Assembly: GCA_002189035.1 (NCBI GenBank)
Contig: NEEC01000004.1
Coordinates: 3,286,001-3,350,000, forward strand
Length of the DNA stretch: 64,000 bases
From: Utricularia gibba
Taxonomy: Eukaryota; Plantae; Magnoliophyta
Reading direction: 5' to 3'
In this document: one piece after another, positions 25,783 to 39,031 of the stretch
How positions within the stretch are numbered: position 1 is the first letter of the stretch
Layout of the letters: each line of letters starts with the position of its first letter
Program-made: the position numbers and the translations under genes
The notes under the pieces: model-generated
What the model was told of the DNA's origin: nothing
Databases searched by the model: none
What the model saw: the letters and a program-made list of their open reading frames with translations, nothing else

Positions 25783-27543
25783 CTATGTTTTGAAATTCAT
25801 ATTTCAAATCGAATTAGAATGAAGCTAGTCTAGTTTTGATTTGTCAAACCCAAATTAATAATAAAATATTATAGTTGATAGTAATTATACAAATGTACAG
25901 AAACTGTCGAAGTAACAAAATAAAATCTTATCCACAAAGAATTGTTGTTGAATCTTTTCAAAACAATGATTCAAAAAACCGAAAACAAAGTGAAAGATTG
26001 GTTTTAAAACTATATAAAAAAAAGTGGTTTGGATCTAGGATCCACCTAGTTTAAAACTCATCCTTGTGCACGTGTGTACAAATCTTGAGGACTAATCTAC
26101 TTGTACAAGCTTTGAGAGTATTATCCTAAAATAGTGTTATTTGATGATCGTTATAATACAATTTCTTATTTAATGGGATTAGAGAATTAAACATGCCACT
26201 AGAGCCATTTCATCTCTTGTGATAACTCATGTTTTACCCACATCTAAATTTAACCTCTACACCTCTCAACTCGCAGAAAAATTAGATAGGATGTACCTTA
26301 CCAATGATATCTAATTGAGTCCTTCTCTTTAGGTGCTTGAGGTTAATCTTTGATTCTCCCATACTCCCTTAAGGTTATATGGTACTAAAAATCACGTTGG
26401 TAAAGATAGCGTTGCAAAAAATAAAATCAAACCTCAAATTAAATATTGAAGAACATAGTAAGTTAGTAACACGTTTAGGACTTGTGCAAGCAAAGTCTTC
26501 ATCGTAAATTCTTAGTTGCAAGTGCTCACACGTGTATGCTCGACTCTAAACAACAAAACTTAATGAAAAAAAAAAGGAAATGAATCCAAAATATGCTGAA
26601 CTTGACTCTAAACCCTAAAATTAACTCTCTACCTTTGATCTTCTGGCTTTGGTCTTTATATAATAGTAGAGATTTGTCAAACTTTCTTGATGAACTCATA
26701 TCAAATCTTCTATTTGAATTTTCTAAGATGTGATGTAAATTTTTTAGGATAAGATCTAAATCTTCTAAAATAAAATGCAAATCTTATCTTATTCGAGAAT
26801 TTGTGATTGGGTCTTCATTTGAATAGATCAAATCTTTACCTACACTAAAGTTAGCTTGAAAATATTTCAAATTATGCCAAAATTATTCTGAAAAATCACA
26901 AAACACAATTTTTATCCAAAAAGATGACATGTAAAAGATATAAAGTTCATCTAAAAACATAAGAAATATGAGATAAAGTGAATGCAAAATAGATCCACTT
27001 AATTACTAAAAAAGATAAATATAAATGACACAAAATTACTTATCAATAGTTTTTAAAAAGTATCTTAAATATTATTAATATGTTCATTGTCAATATTAAA
27101 TAGTAATAACATAATGTATATTCATTTTTAACAATAAATGCATTATATATTTTCACTAATATAAGTATAAGTATTAATTTTTTTATCTATTTAATAAAAA
27201 AATACATGAACGATAAGTTATATATTAAAATTTTTGTATTAAGAAAAAATAGTATGAAACTCATTACCCAAAATAAATTATAATTATTTTTAACTATAAC
27301 CAATCACATAATGATCAAATTGAAATATATTTTAAATTAATTTTTTTGATAAAAATAAATGAATTTCTCACATTGTATCAATATTTTTGAAATCCTTATT
27401 TTTTAATTTTAAAAAATTAAAATTCGAGATTGAAAAATTTTTATATTCAACAGCGGTAATTGGATATCCGCTTAACTGGTAAGTTACTAAAAATCAATTA
27501 ATAGGTTCAACTTGTCAGTTAATCAGCCGAGTTAAAAACATAG
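25783..27543. mobile_element. Non-autonomous hAT-type DNA transposon (~550 bp without its nested LTR)
   Basis: TIRs CTATGTTTTGAA / TTAAAAACATAG (11/12 match) and a perfect 8-bp TSD CCTCTAAC (25775-25782, 27544-27551). Removing it restores the host frame VTMTSN|QMFVLNL. Confidence 0.9.
25837..27045 (-). mobile_element. Ty3/gypsy (Athila-like) solo LTR nested in the hAT element
   Basis: TGAT...ATCA ends (minus strand starts tgataagtaattttgtg), non-coding, ~1.2 kb, tagttt on both flanks (TSD offset by 1 nt), homologous to 37120-37837. Confidence 0.75.
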
Positions 27544-28965
27544 CCTCTAACCAAATGTTTGTCTTAAATCTAGAAAATGGCATGAAGATGGAGTATTCAA
27601 ATCTATCATAGTTATGGCATGCTTGTTATGGTCATATTAATTTTGAGAGTTTGGGTTTGATGTGTAGAAACCAATTGGTTAATGGTCATCCAAGTATCTC
27701 CTCCTCATATCAGTTTTCTAAAGACTGTTTCTATGGCAAACAAGTAAGAAAAAAATATTCCAAAAGTATCCAACTACAAAGCAAAGTATCCTTGGAGTTA
27801 GTCCATGGTGATGTGTAAGGACCAGACGTATTGTTCCAATCTCAAAAGGAAACATCAGATATTTTCTGTTATTGGTGGATGATTATTCCAAAAAGTGTTG
27901 GATTTACTTTTTTAACAAGGACATCTGAGGTGTTTGAAGTGTTCAAAAAGTTTCAATCAAAAGTAGAACACAAAAGTGGATTGAAGATTAAATCTCTTCA
28001 CTCAAATAGAGGAGGTGAGTTCACTTCCAATGATTTCCTTGAATTATGTGAGAGGATTAGGATGAGAAAGTCTTTAACTATTGCAACAATTCCTCAACAA
28101 AATGGAGTAGTAGAAAGTAGAAATCAAATGGTGCTTAATCTGGTGTGTGCTATGCTTACTATGAAAAATATGCCAAAGTAATTCAGGGAAGAAGCAGCTG
28201 CATGTGCAGTGTATATCTTGAATAGGTCTTATGCCAAAAGTATGAATGGAAAAAATCCTCAAGAGGCTTAGATTGGACTCAAGCGGAATGTAGATTGTTT
28301 CTAGGGAAATCAGAGGAAAATTGGAATATAAATTATTTGATCCAATACAATATTAAGTGATGATCAGTAGAGATATTGAATTTGATGAAACTACAACTTG
28401 GAATTGGAAGGATTTCAAAAGCAGTAATGGAGTATATACATTTTTTAATGTAGAAACTGATCAGCAATAGTTACAATAGGAACCTGTTATTAAATATCAA
28501 GTAGATATTTATTAGGAGCAACAACTAGATAATAATATTTAGCAGTAGGTAGATGATGAGCAGCTGAAACAACCTGTTAATGGACAGCAATCCATCAACT
28601 CAGATTCCTTGCAAATTGGAAGGTTAGTTTGTAGGAGAAGGCAACTCAGATATTTTGATGATTTTGTTGTTGATCTGCCAACATTTGTGCTCACAAAGGG
28701 ATAGTGCTTTTCTGTCTCAATCAGACTTGAGCGATATTAGTTTGTTCTCACATTATTGATTGATCACAAAGTCTGAATCTCTAACTTTCGAAAATATTGC
28801 TCAGAGTTATGAATGAACCATGGATGAGGAAATAAATGCCATTGAAAGTAATTCTACCTAGCAGCTTGTTGATAAATCCATAGACAAGGAAGCGATTGGA
28901 CTGAAGGGGGTTTATAGAATCAAAAGAGATGCCAAAGGCAATATTGAAAAATCAAATGCAAGGCA

Positions 28966-29066
28966 TGCATGGACAATACGGGAAAACTTCCTAATATCTC
29001 AACAATGAAAATTCTTGTAAGAGGGCTGATTAGAATTGAAAAAGTTGAGGAAGCCAAGCTTGATTA
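28966..29066 (+). pseudogene. C-terminal fragment of the same PPR336/rPPR1-like pseudogene
   Basis: CMDNTGKLPNISTMKILVRGLIRIEKVEEAKL, directly after the broken copia RT. It resembles the last repeat of PPR336-type proteins (remembered as [28 protein letters not shown]). Confidence 0.7.
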
Positions 29067-29814
29067 AGGGTAAGTACATCTTTATTCATTTTAATTATTA
29101 TCTTTTTAAATATCAATAAAGATGTTTTTCCGAATTTTCGAAAACTACATTCACGGATATTGAGTTCACGTTTAGAAACTTAAAAACGATTAATGCAAAT
29201 TCTTCTTTTTTTACTTTTTTTTATACACCAGATATGACCAGATTTGTTTCCAACTAGTTGATATTTCTTTTCACTTTTTCTTTCATTTTTCTTATCGAAC
29301 GCGAATCTTTGGGAATGAATTGCCAAGTGAAGTTGAACGAGTGCAGTGCATATGTACGTACTGGATTCAGAATATGGTTAACGCCGATTTCTCTTCTGCT
29401 TCTTCTTTCCTTCCGATTTCAATGCACAGAGCGGATGAAGAAGAATCGGCATCAGAGTTGTTGTGCTCAAGTCACTACTCCAAGACACTGCAACAAATCA
29501 AATAAGTTTGTAGAATTGCAATGAAGCTTCATTAATGATGCAGTTTTTCAGCCCAAGATAACACCAAGGTTGTATTTCGTGCTACAGTGATAAAACTATT
29601 ATTATTACACACTCTCAACGAATGTGCGTGGGTTTCCTCATTGGAGCGATTCTGATAAAAAGAACCAAGTGCTTCTTTCTCAGTATATTGGAGTATATTC
29701 ATTACAACATATGATCGATCTCACAACCACTCCGGTTTTGTCTGTTGTCACATTGGCATCATGTTACAATTTCTCTATATCACCATGTTACTATGGAAAA
29801 GGGGCCACCTGCTG

Positions 29815-32800
29815 CTACTGAGACCCTGGAAGATGGCAACTGTATTTTAGCCTTCCATGTGAAGCAAGAGCTTTTCTCAAAGCAGCATCGACCGTTGCAC
29901 CCTGAAACAATGAATCATAGAACTTGGTCAAAAACTGGGATAACTCCTTCTCATCATCATCCCACAGAGATGCTGATGGAGGATGCTGCCCATTTTTCTC
30001 CGGCTCACTGTCTTCCCAGTCACTTGTGGGGCTGTTGGTCTCGTTTTCTTCCTCCTCTCCATCCTCATCTCCGATTTCAAACTTGCCATTCTCGGAGGTT
30101 ATCACCTCCCCCCCAGTGCTATAAAACGAGGTTAACTGCTGAGTTTCTACTGTTTTGGAGGGGCATATGATAGCTTTTGCGCCAGAGTCTAGGAACGCTT
30201 TTATCAGGGCTTGTGGAGGCCCATGCGTGCCAGTGAAGAGTATGATCCGCTCCCTCCATGCACCAACCTGGAAAATTGAAAACAGGGTTATTTACACGAA
30301 TGCCAATCAGGTATACCCCCAATCTGATTTCGCCATCACCTCTTCTACAAAGAGGATATGGCTAATTGCATTGGAGATCATTTCATCAACATCAGTGTTA
30401 TCACAGAACACTTAAGGGAAAGCGAAAAGGGAGACAAGGCTCGGCGGAAATAAGAAGCATACCATAGAACGGATATCTTCATGGGTCATATGTAATGAGG
30501 GAACAGTTCTTCGGAACATAAATGCACAGATTTCCTGACCATCTTCCATAACCTGCAGAATAGGGAAAAGCATATATATCGAATCAAACTGTAGCTAAAT
30601 AACACAAGGATCAGTTGAAGCACACCTGTGTTTGTCGTCCCATATATCTGTGGGTGACGACACCAACTTGAAAATATGGGCGATGAGAAACAAGCTCACC
30701 AACAGTTGAGATTTTGGTAATCAATGAGGCATGCCTCCTCCTGTCCTTATGCATTGACAATAGGCTGCATTTAACATTTTCTAGAAACTTTTGTGCTGAT
30801 TCTCCAGGTTCCGCTACCACAAATACGTCATTATGCCAACTATCAAAGAACAAGAAAACTCGTAAAAGCTGCTGCAAATACAATTGCTAAAAGTGGCTGA
30901 ATCAAAGAAGTATAATATGAACCTCATAATAGATCCCTCTGAGTCATTCTGCACTGCTAGATGAACCATCCCAACTTGGGGAGAATTCAGAAGGTTCTCA
31001 TACAATGTAATGATGGAAGGAGAAAGTTGCCTATGTTTAGGAGACTCAAGAGGTGCAGGGACTGATTTCAAAGAATGAAAACCATCTAAATCTAAAGGTG
31101 GGATAAGTTCCATTCGAGTAGCTTGTGGCCCTGTGTTTGGGCTAGACGTTAAGGAAGATGATAAGGAGCCTCCAGTAAACAATGGTGAAGACGTGCGTGA
31201 TGCAGGTAACAATTGCCTACCGCCCCTAACAGTTGCTGCTACTGCTCCCCCATAAGCATGCGATAGTCTTATACCATTACTAGCACAAAAATTCTCAAGG
31301 ACACGTGCATGGTCTAAAGAAATTCCTGAAGCAGGACTATTGGAAGCCTCCACAAGAAGCGCACCTCTTCTCTGGCCCAAGAAAGGGCTATTTTCATTTG
31401 CAACTGCCAAATGAACAAGAAGCCGACTATAGCTCTACTTGTGGAAAACCACAATATAAAGAAAGATTTTGGATACTGAGGTTTGAAATGATACCCTTTT
31501 CTCCAAGGAAATGCTGGGGCTTCTCATCAAGTGTACTATCAAGCAGTCTCGCAGCAAGACTCCTGAATTCAGCAGCATGGTCCAGTATAAACTCATCTGT
31601 AGCGTTCTCCAACTTGGCCCAGATAGCAGGGTCAGTCTCATCTAGCTCCATATCACAACGTTCATCAACTGAATTATTAAAACAAACGGTCAACAATATG
31701 CTGAAACCTCAGCCCTTCTTTGCAGTTCTTTCAACGTTGATATCTTACTCTATTTCCTAGAATCATGAGCAAAAAAGTACTCATTCTGTGAAATTCAACT
31801 AGACCTGGATTGAAACGAAAATAGTGTATATCTGGAAGCATTGGAAGCAATGTGGACAAACTTTCATCAACACGGTCCACAGAGCATGCACTTTCAACTA
31901 GCACCTGACCAGTATCCAGGTAACGCCATCCTCCCTTCCGGATCTGAGGAAAGTTTCAGAAACAATAGCAACTGATGAATCTTCACTAAAGCGATAAGTA
32001 TGAAACAAAAAAATGTTCATCAAGAATGATATGAAATTCTACAAAACTCATGAGATTTAGAAACATTGATGCACAGAGAAATAAGATGTAACCCCTCTCT
32101 TAGACTAAAAAAAAAAAAAAAAGAAAGCTGCCTTTAATATTTAATACCTTAATTGGAACTGAACCACAGCCAACTGAGACTAAGCAATCAATCTTAGAAT
32201 CAGGCCAGAGCAACTGTGCTTCTCGTATGGCAAAAATCGTAGGATTATTTGCTACAATAGCACCATCTTGCCAGCGAAGTGAACCTTCAATGATTTAGTA
32301 GAGCATTAAAACTGAGAAAGCCCAAAAAAGATGGACGAAGGATACAACAAAGAATCAACAAGAGATTTGTACCATCAGAGTAGTCATCTAAATAATAGGG
32401 TGCGGCAGAAGATGCTCTTATAGCTTGCCAGATTTGGTGCTTGCAACTTCCAAGGAAGGCAGTGCGCTTATAAACGACCTGAGGCCCCGTTGAAACAGTT
32501 CCTGGCCCATTACTAGCAGCAATGTCCGAGATTGGGGAACTTATCTCTGGAGTCCCCGGAGGGTACTAAAAAACAACAATTTTTGCTTAAAAAATTGGCA
32601 TAGATGTTTAGAAAATTAGAATAAGGTGAACAAAGATATCCATAAATGATCCAAATATGAAGATAACCTGGTAATTTCGAAATATGAATGGTTGGGCAGG
32701 AACAGCGCTGACTAGAGTGGATACAACAAAAACTTTGGGAACTCGTTTAACAGCTGACTCAATAAGGAGATCTCCATCATCATCCGTGCACATCTCCTTT

Positions 32801-35655
32801 AGTAGCCTCTCAAACTGATCTGCACTGTGCTGAAAGTTGGAATTTATTTGTCAGTATGACAACAAAAATAGTTGCTCTTAAGTGTTAATTCTCTTAATTA
32901 GGACAGAAATACGTAAGAACAGAATGAAATAAAATGAATCACTGGAATGTTGTACCTTAGATCCATGAACAACAACTCTAAAATTCCGAGATGAATTCTT
33001 GTAGAGCTGATCCAATTTCTCTCTCCAACTGGCAGCCTCATTTTCCTTCGGAGCAGGTTCAGCAAACACAAGTTTTCCTGCAATATGGCCAGAGAGACGC
33101 TACTATACAGAGAAGAAACACCAGATAGTGTATCCTGGGTAAAGAGGAAAACGTTACCAAGTTCCTTGTATATCTCTTCACATTTGTCCAAAGACATCAA
33201 TTTTATCCCCAGAGCAACAGCCAGCATACCCCCTGTTGATGTTCCACATATAAGATCAAAGAGTTCATGTATATGCTTTCCAGTTCCTTTCTCAATCTCC
33301 CTTAGAATCCTTACTGTTGCCAGCCCCTTCATACCACCACCATCCATTGAAAGTATCCGCAGACCTTGCTTAGGGACTGGTCTACCTCTAACAGCACGAC
33401 GCAAAATTTCATTTTCCCCTAAAACATGACAACGTTGACAGAATACCCAAAGTATTTAAAATGATTTTAACTGCAAAGAACTTCTAAAACGCCAACCTAA
33501 TATTGCTAAGGCACGGGCTGCTGCTTTGCACACATGTAAATCAGTATTTGATGTCAATCGAAGAAGGAGATCTCGTAAGCTTTCAGAAGAAAGAAGAGCA
33601 AGCCGATTTTCTAAAGAGAATGCAAAATTTCCAACAGCTGATAGTGCTAAGATTTGTACCTGTAGGACATGCACTTTCATTGTTAATGCAAACATGGGCA
33701 CTAGTCATCAGCACCACAAAAGAATTACAAATATGGAGTTACCTCTGGATTTTTATCGGCACACAAAAACTTTAAGGACCTTAATATGTCTTTAGTCATT
33801 AGTTTTTGAGCAACAGTGTCAGATGCAAAAGCCAATTTCACGACAACTTGCAAAATAGAGGTCATTTTTGATCCAGCGGTTTTCAGCACTATCTCAATAG
33901 TTTGCATAATATCACACTTTATTAGTTGCATTGCTCCTGAAACATCCGAAGCAAGAGCCGAAAATGCGGAGCATGCTTGCTCAACCTAAAAAAGCAGCAT
34001 GATTTAGTGGAAAACTAATAAATGAATATGCAAAATATTCAATATGGATAAACATACCACATGCTGGTCTTCATTTGTCATCATACTTATGAGTTGCCGC
34101 ATTGCATTTATATCTTTTCCAACTGCTATGCGATTTTCTTCATAATCCATTATCTTTGCAAGAGCAGATGCTAACAAGGGATGTTGACAGGAAGAAAACC
34201 GGAATATAAGAGAAAAAAACACACTCAACTTGTGGCGGGATCCACCAAAGTAGGAATTATTCTCCGTCTATAAGGAAATATGATTTCATAGAGGTTAATA
34301 TTGATACTTCATCGGCATAGTAACTAATGGGCACTATTTCATGATGACACACCTCTATGTCTACGTCAACTGAAATTAGATGTTCATCTGCTACTATCCG
34401 AATATTTGCAAGCGATAAATGTCGAAGTTTTTGTAAAGGCAAAATATCTGGAAGAAATTCAAGGGGGTTGCCAAAAAGCCGCAGCACACGTATCTCTGTC
34501 ATAGCCCTGTAGACAAGCTGAACACTAGTATTACAATTTTGGAACAAAATTCTGAAAAAAATAATCAGGAGAAATATTTTGGAGGTAAAGAACCGTCTTT
34601 CTAGAAGAAGCATAAGATCATGCGAAACTCAATGACCTGAAATCAAGAATAGGGCGGACCAGCTTATTGTGTTCCAAGGACAATTCAACTAGACCAGAGC
34701 ACTGTCTCAACTCCACTGTTTATAGTATCCAGCCAAAAATAAAGACAAACAAATTAGTAATAGTCATGTGGTTTCACTTCAGGACGAAAAAATCATCCTA
34801 CTGCCTACCAGGTACAGAAACAATCATGTTATAGTCAGCAGCCAAAACTTTCAAGTTTTTCAAGGCCCCCAGCTCTGGTGGCAGGATGGTAAGTTTGTTG
34901 TTATCAAGGTATAGTTTCTCTAGAAGAGGAAAACGAGTTATCTCAACCGGCAATGCCTGAATACCAGAGAAACGATCATATGAGAAACCAACTTAAGAAC
35001 TTATTCACTACGTAAAAGGTTATAAAGCATCAAATGCGCTGACAGTTAAACCAAGGCCATAGAGGCTGAGAACAACAACATTCTGCCAATGATCCTCAAA
35101 GCCCAATCCTTGAGCCACCCCATCTTCAGCTGCATGGGCGAGATTCAACCTCATAAGCTTCAGGAAAACCCCCAGCCCCGCATCATTTTGCTGCATCGAG
35201 CCACCTGTTCTTGACATTACTACACCCATCAATGGCTCCCTCTTCTTCACGACCCTCATCTCCAAACCCACCTCCCTTTCTCCTTCCACATCAGAACCCT
35301 CCACGTCCTTCAATATTCTAGAATCCTGCTGCCTGGTTTCTTTCTCTCCCATCAATCTAACCTCCACGGTCTCTTTGGGCGAGGGCAAGGACATCATCAC
35401 CTGAGACTGCAATTTCAAAGTGACCTGATCATCGTCATCGCCACCATTCCATTCAAGTTCAATCCTATAACCCAACTTATCCTCTATGAAAGCCTCCTTC
35501 AACGTGGGGGACGTGCCAGGAGAGGGACTAGCTACCGAAGAGGATCGAGATGACGGCGGCGAGGCTTCTTCGAGAGCATCGACATCGGCGCCATAGCTCA
35601 AGGTCAGATGGAAGACTTCCGAGGGGCGCTTCCATCCCAAACCCCAGGACGTCAT
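29815..35655 (-). CDS. PLAI: Patatin-like phospholipase A I (pPLA-I; LRR + ARM + patatin), 18 predicted coding exons
   Basis: Exons: 35655-35044, 34956-34809, 34715-34637, 34506-34353, 34267-34058, 33985-33743, 33659-33497, 33418-33158, 33077-32956, 32829-32668, 32565-32373, 32284-32148, 31943-31805, 31668-31495 (alternative donor 31477), 31403-30923, 30839-30626, 30552-30463, 30267-29815. N-terminus MTSWGLGWKRPSEVFHLTL. LRRs LEKLYLDNNKL and LRLFGNPLEFLP. Patatin motifs DGGGMKG, GTSTG and WQDGAIVANNP are intact. Confidence 0.96.
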
Positions 35656-36477
35656 CGATCCCTAAAAACCAGTACGAACCCTTTTTCCTTCCAACAGTCA
35701 ACACCTCGAAGATCAGGCAACCAGATCGTATCCGAGAATGCCGCCTGGGTTTCCAAAATCGAGAGGATTCTCGAAGAAGGTCTCTGTATCTATCTACTCC
35801 TCCAAAAATTTAGTCAATCTGTAACGGGTATGGCGGTTGCCCAACCGTTGAGCAACACACATTTATAAGATGAATCCGTTGGCAATTTGTAAGAAAACCT
35901 TCACTTTCAGGCAAGGTGTTTTCCGGAGCGGAACCGCTCGGTCACCGTCGGCTTCTGTGTCTTGTCAGATACTCAGATGACAACAAAGCGCATTATTTTT
36001 TAAAGAAAATATTTCTTCCTCTTTTCCAGTAGAGTTACGCTATAAATTATTTAACTTACCACGAGCACTCATTCTCATATCCGATTCGTGTATAAGCAAG
36101 GGCTTATTACGTAATGCTTAAAATTATATTGTCAAATCGAATCAATTTTAAGATTGTAAAACTATTTTATGAAATAGATGAAAACATAACAGGTACTAAC
36201 TGCTCATTTTGGATGTATATCTAATTTCAAATATATGCTCCCATTTCTCCAACAATACATAAGATTATATAAATTATATATGTGTGTTTTATGCTCATTA
36301 AAAAGATGTTAATTTTTTCTCAACAAACAATCAATTTATTAATTGAATATAATATTATATATATATATTTATTTATTTTTATATATGCTAGTATGTTATG
36401 TATAATGTAATGATACACTCCTATATAATTAATCTTTGTTGAGAGTGGTAAAAGAGATGGAGTGAGAGTGGTTGATC

Positions 36478-36545
36478 CACTATATACGTCTTCTTCTAAG
36501 ATGCCATTTAAGAAAGTCATCTTTTGTAAAAGAAATGATATCAAA
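36478..36545 (-). mobile_element. Tiny Ty1/copia reverse-transcriptase fragment
   Basis: KMTFLNGILEEDVY, compare KTAFLNGxLEEEVY. Confidence 0.5.
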
Positions 36546-36599
36546 ACCGTGGATTATTTTTTGACTTCCATTTTATTCCCATGATTTAATCCTCCAAAA

Positions 36600-37110
36600 A
36601 TCATTTTTTGTCATCCCGACACTCATTGTGTCAATTATGCCATAAGAAATGCACTAGTCAAGTATCCTGGAAATATCAAATCTAGAAATGAAGATGACAT
36701 TTGAGTGGAACATGAACCCACATAGATGAGATTGGAGTTTATCATCTTCCTATTGAAGTTTACCACAAGGCTTATTAGACTATCAAGGCATGTAACATGA
36801 TTAGTGACCAAGCTAGAGAAAACAAATTTTTAAACTTCAATGAATTAGAACAAATTCGTCTTAATGTCTACACCAACCAGTTTTTGCACAATGAAAAAGT
36901 AAATGATTACATGATAATAAGTTACATGCAAAGCATTTTATAGTTGATCAAAAGGTTTTTCATTTGATACTACACTGAAATTTTTTCTTGAAAAGTTAAA
37001 CTCTAAGTGACTTGGACCTTATGAAATTATGCATGTTTTCCCCTATGATCTTGTTATTGTTTATTCAGTTGGGATAGAAAAAAGTATCAAGATCAATGCA
37101 CATGGTGTAC
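36600..37110 (+). mobile_element. Athila-type integrase C-terminal fragment
   Basis: Decayed HLPIEVYHKAY*TIK, NELEQIRLNVY, HDNKLHAKHF, KLNSK*LGPYEI. Confidence 0.7.
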
Positions 37111-37119
37111 TGCTTACTG

Positions 37120-37837
37120 TTTGATGGTTATTCCATAAGTGTACAAAAATTGCTGAAGTAATAAAATAGAACTATATTCATAAAGAATTTTTATTAGAAT
37201 TTCCTTTAAAACAATGATTCAAAAAGATCGAAAACAAAATAAAATTTAGTTTTAAAAATAATATAAAAAGTAGCATTAGATCTATGATCCACCTTACTCA
37301 AAATTCACTTATACTTATATGTGCAAACTTTGAGAACTAACCTTCTTGTGCTAGTTCTGGGGTTTTGTTTTAAAATGTGATACTCAATAACTCTTATAAA
37401 ACCATTTCTCATTTAGTGGAATTATAGAATCAACCATGTTACCATGGTCATTCCACCTCCTATGACAACTCATGTTTTCCCCACACTCAAATATAACCTC
37501 CACACCTCATATCTCGTACATAGATTAGATAGAATGTGTATTACCAATGATGTTTGATTGAACACTTTTTCTTAAGTGCTTGAGGTCAGCTTTAGATTAT
37601 TTCATACTCGCTTAGGGTTATGTGTTATTAAAGAGCAGGTTGATAAAGAAAACGTTACGAAAAACAGAATCAAACCTTAAATTAAATGTTGAAGAACATG
37701 ATTAAATATACACATGCGCAAGACTTCACCATAAATTCTTAGCATCAAGTGCCTACGCAAGTATGCACGACTCTAACATATAAAAATTGATGAGAAACGA
37801 CATGAAACGAATCCAAAAATGAAAAACTCAACCAAAG
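37120..37837 (-). mobile_element. Truncated gypsy LTR of the same family as the solo LTR at 25837-27045
   Basis: Colinear similarity to ~25880-26610 (aaaacaatgattcaaaaa, actcatgtttt-cccaca, gtgcttgaggt, aaattaaat-ttgaagaacat), cut off at the start of the next element. Confidence 0.75.
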
Positions 37838-39031
37838 TGATAACACTGTTTTTATTGTGTTTTTATATGTCTTTTTAAGTGTGTTTTGTAGGGTTAAATA
37901 TTGTTTAGTATGCTAAATTATCTTCTTTTATGTATTTAGTTTGTTGAAATGTGTTTATTGTGAAAACAGGTTCAATTGGCAATAATTGAGCCGAAAATTC
38001 TAATATTTTCTTTAGTCTGTATTTAAGTCTTAATAGGGTAAGACCTAGTACTATAGCAGTGCATTTTCCACGTTAACAAGTCAAAAGAGACAGAAAACTT
38101 GTGCAAAATTCACTTTTTGCCAAAAGCAACCACCTTTTTGAAAAGATAAGATTTGGAGCAGAGATTTCTCCTCTAGAAGCCTAAGAAAAAGACGAAACTA
38201 CCTTACTTTTGTGCGGAAAAGGAATAAAGGAAGAGAGAGACAGGGGAGCGCACGATAGGAGGGGCAAGAGTGAATAGTAGTGGAGTGGGAGTAAGGAGAA
38301 TTTTGTTTCTTTGGTGAACGTCTCCGGCAACCTCCAAGTCTATATTTCTACACCAGCTTTCCATCCAGAAATTTGATTTCCAGCAGATCTATAGCCCAAA
38401 AAAGCAGCCTGACACTTTTATTTGCATATTTTTGCATTTCCATTTCTGTGTTGAACTTGCTACTGTTATTGTCTTCATTTTCATGCTTTCTGTGCGTTTC
38501 TGGTACTTAGTTGTGAATGGGAAATCCTCAATAAACCTTATTTCAGCTTATGAACATGTTACTATTTAAGCTTTTCATGTTTGCCTTTAAAGTTTAACAT
38601 GCTATTTACTCTTCCTGCGAACCCTTATTATGTTTTTAAGCGTTTTAAAGCTGGATTTAAGCCTATGGGCTCTTGAGTGACACAATAACCAGACCCTGGT
38701 GTAAAACCCAGCCAAGTCACTTTTATTTTATGTTTTCTGCACATTCACGTTAATTTCAGTGCCTTTTCATCCCTGCAACTCGTTTATTTCAGCTATTGCT
38801 ATTTTATGTCTTACGTGCATTAGAATTAAACCCCCAGAAAACCCCTCTGTATATCAGTAAATGTGACAAACTTTAGAAAATTGCAATCATCCTCTGTGGA
38901 TTCGACCATTGCTTGTCACACTACATTAATTATTGTGATTTGTGTAGTAGAATAGCTAGGTTTATAAAATTTTTTTGATGCGTTGAATGTGCTAGACCAT
39001 GACATTTAGCATCCCATTCCAATGTTCATCA
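37838..39031 (+). repeat. 5' LTR of the Athila element (1194 bp)
   Basis: TGATAACAC...TTCATCA followed after 3 nt by the PBS. Confidence 0.88.

Larger units (their letters stand above)
19480..28965 (+). mobile_element. Degenerate 3'-truncated Ty1/copia element (Ivana/Oryco-like gag), host of three nested insertions
   Basis: PBS tggtataagagc at 19656. gag VPILIKDNYENWC...IVEKILRSLKPKFDHVV...LEAHKERMKRR|EEPFELVL. Protease CYVDLEASNHMT (~25466). GAG-pre-integrase LWHACYGHINF (~27612). Integrase IKSLHSNRGGEF...PQQNGVVES. RT start AMDEEINAIE...KRDAKGNIEK. No RNase H or 3' LTR. The 5' boundary is approximate. Confidence 0.85.

Noticed and set aside
29053-29070. gccaagcttgattaaggg as the PPT of the host copia
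   Set aside because: No LTR copy follows, and the sequence reads better as the PPR C-terminus (VEEAK-LIK)
31305-31760. Plus-strand ORFs opposite PLAI (also 33085-33429, 33503-33795, 35550-35868)
   Set aside because: Antisense shadows of PLAI exons with Ser/Leu-rich composition
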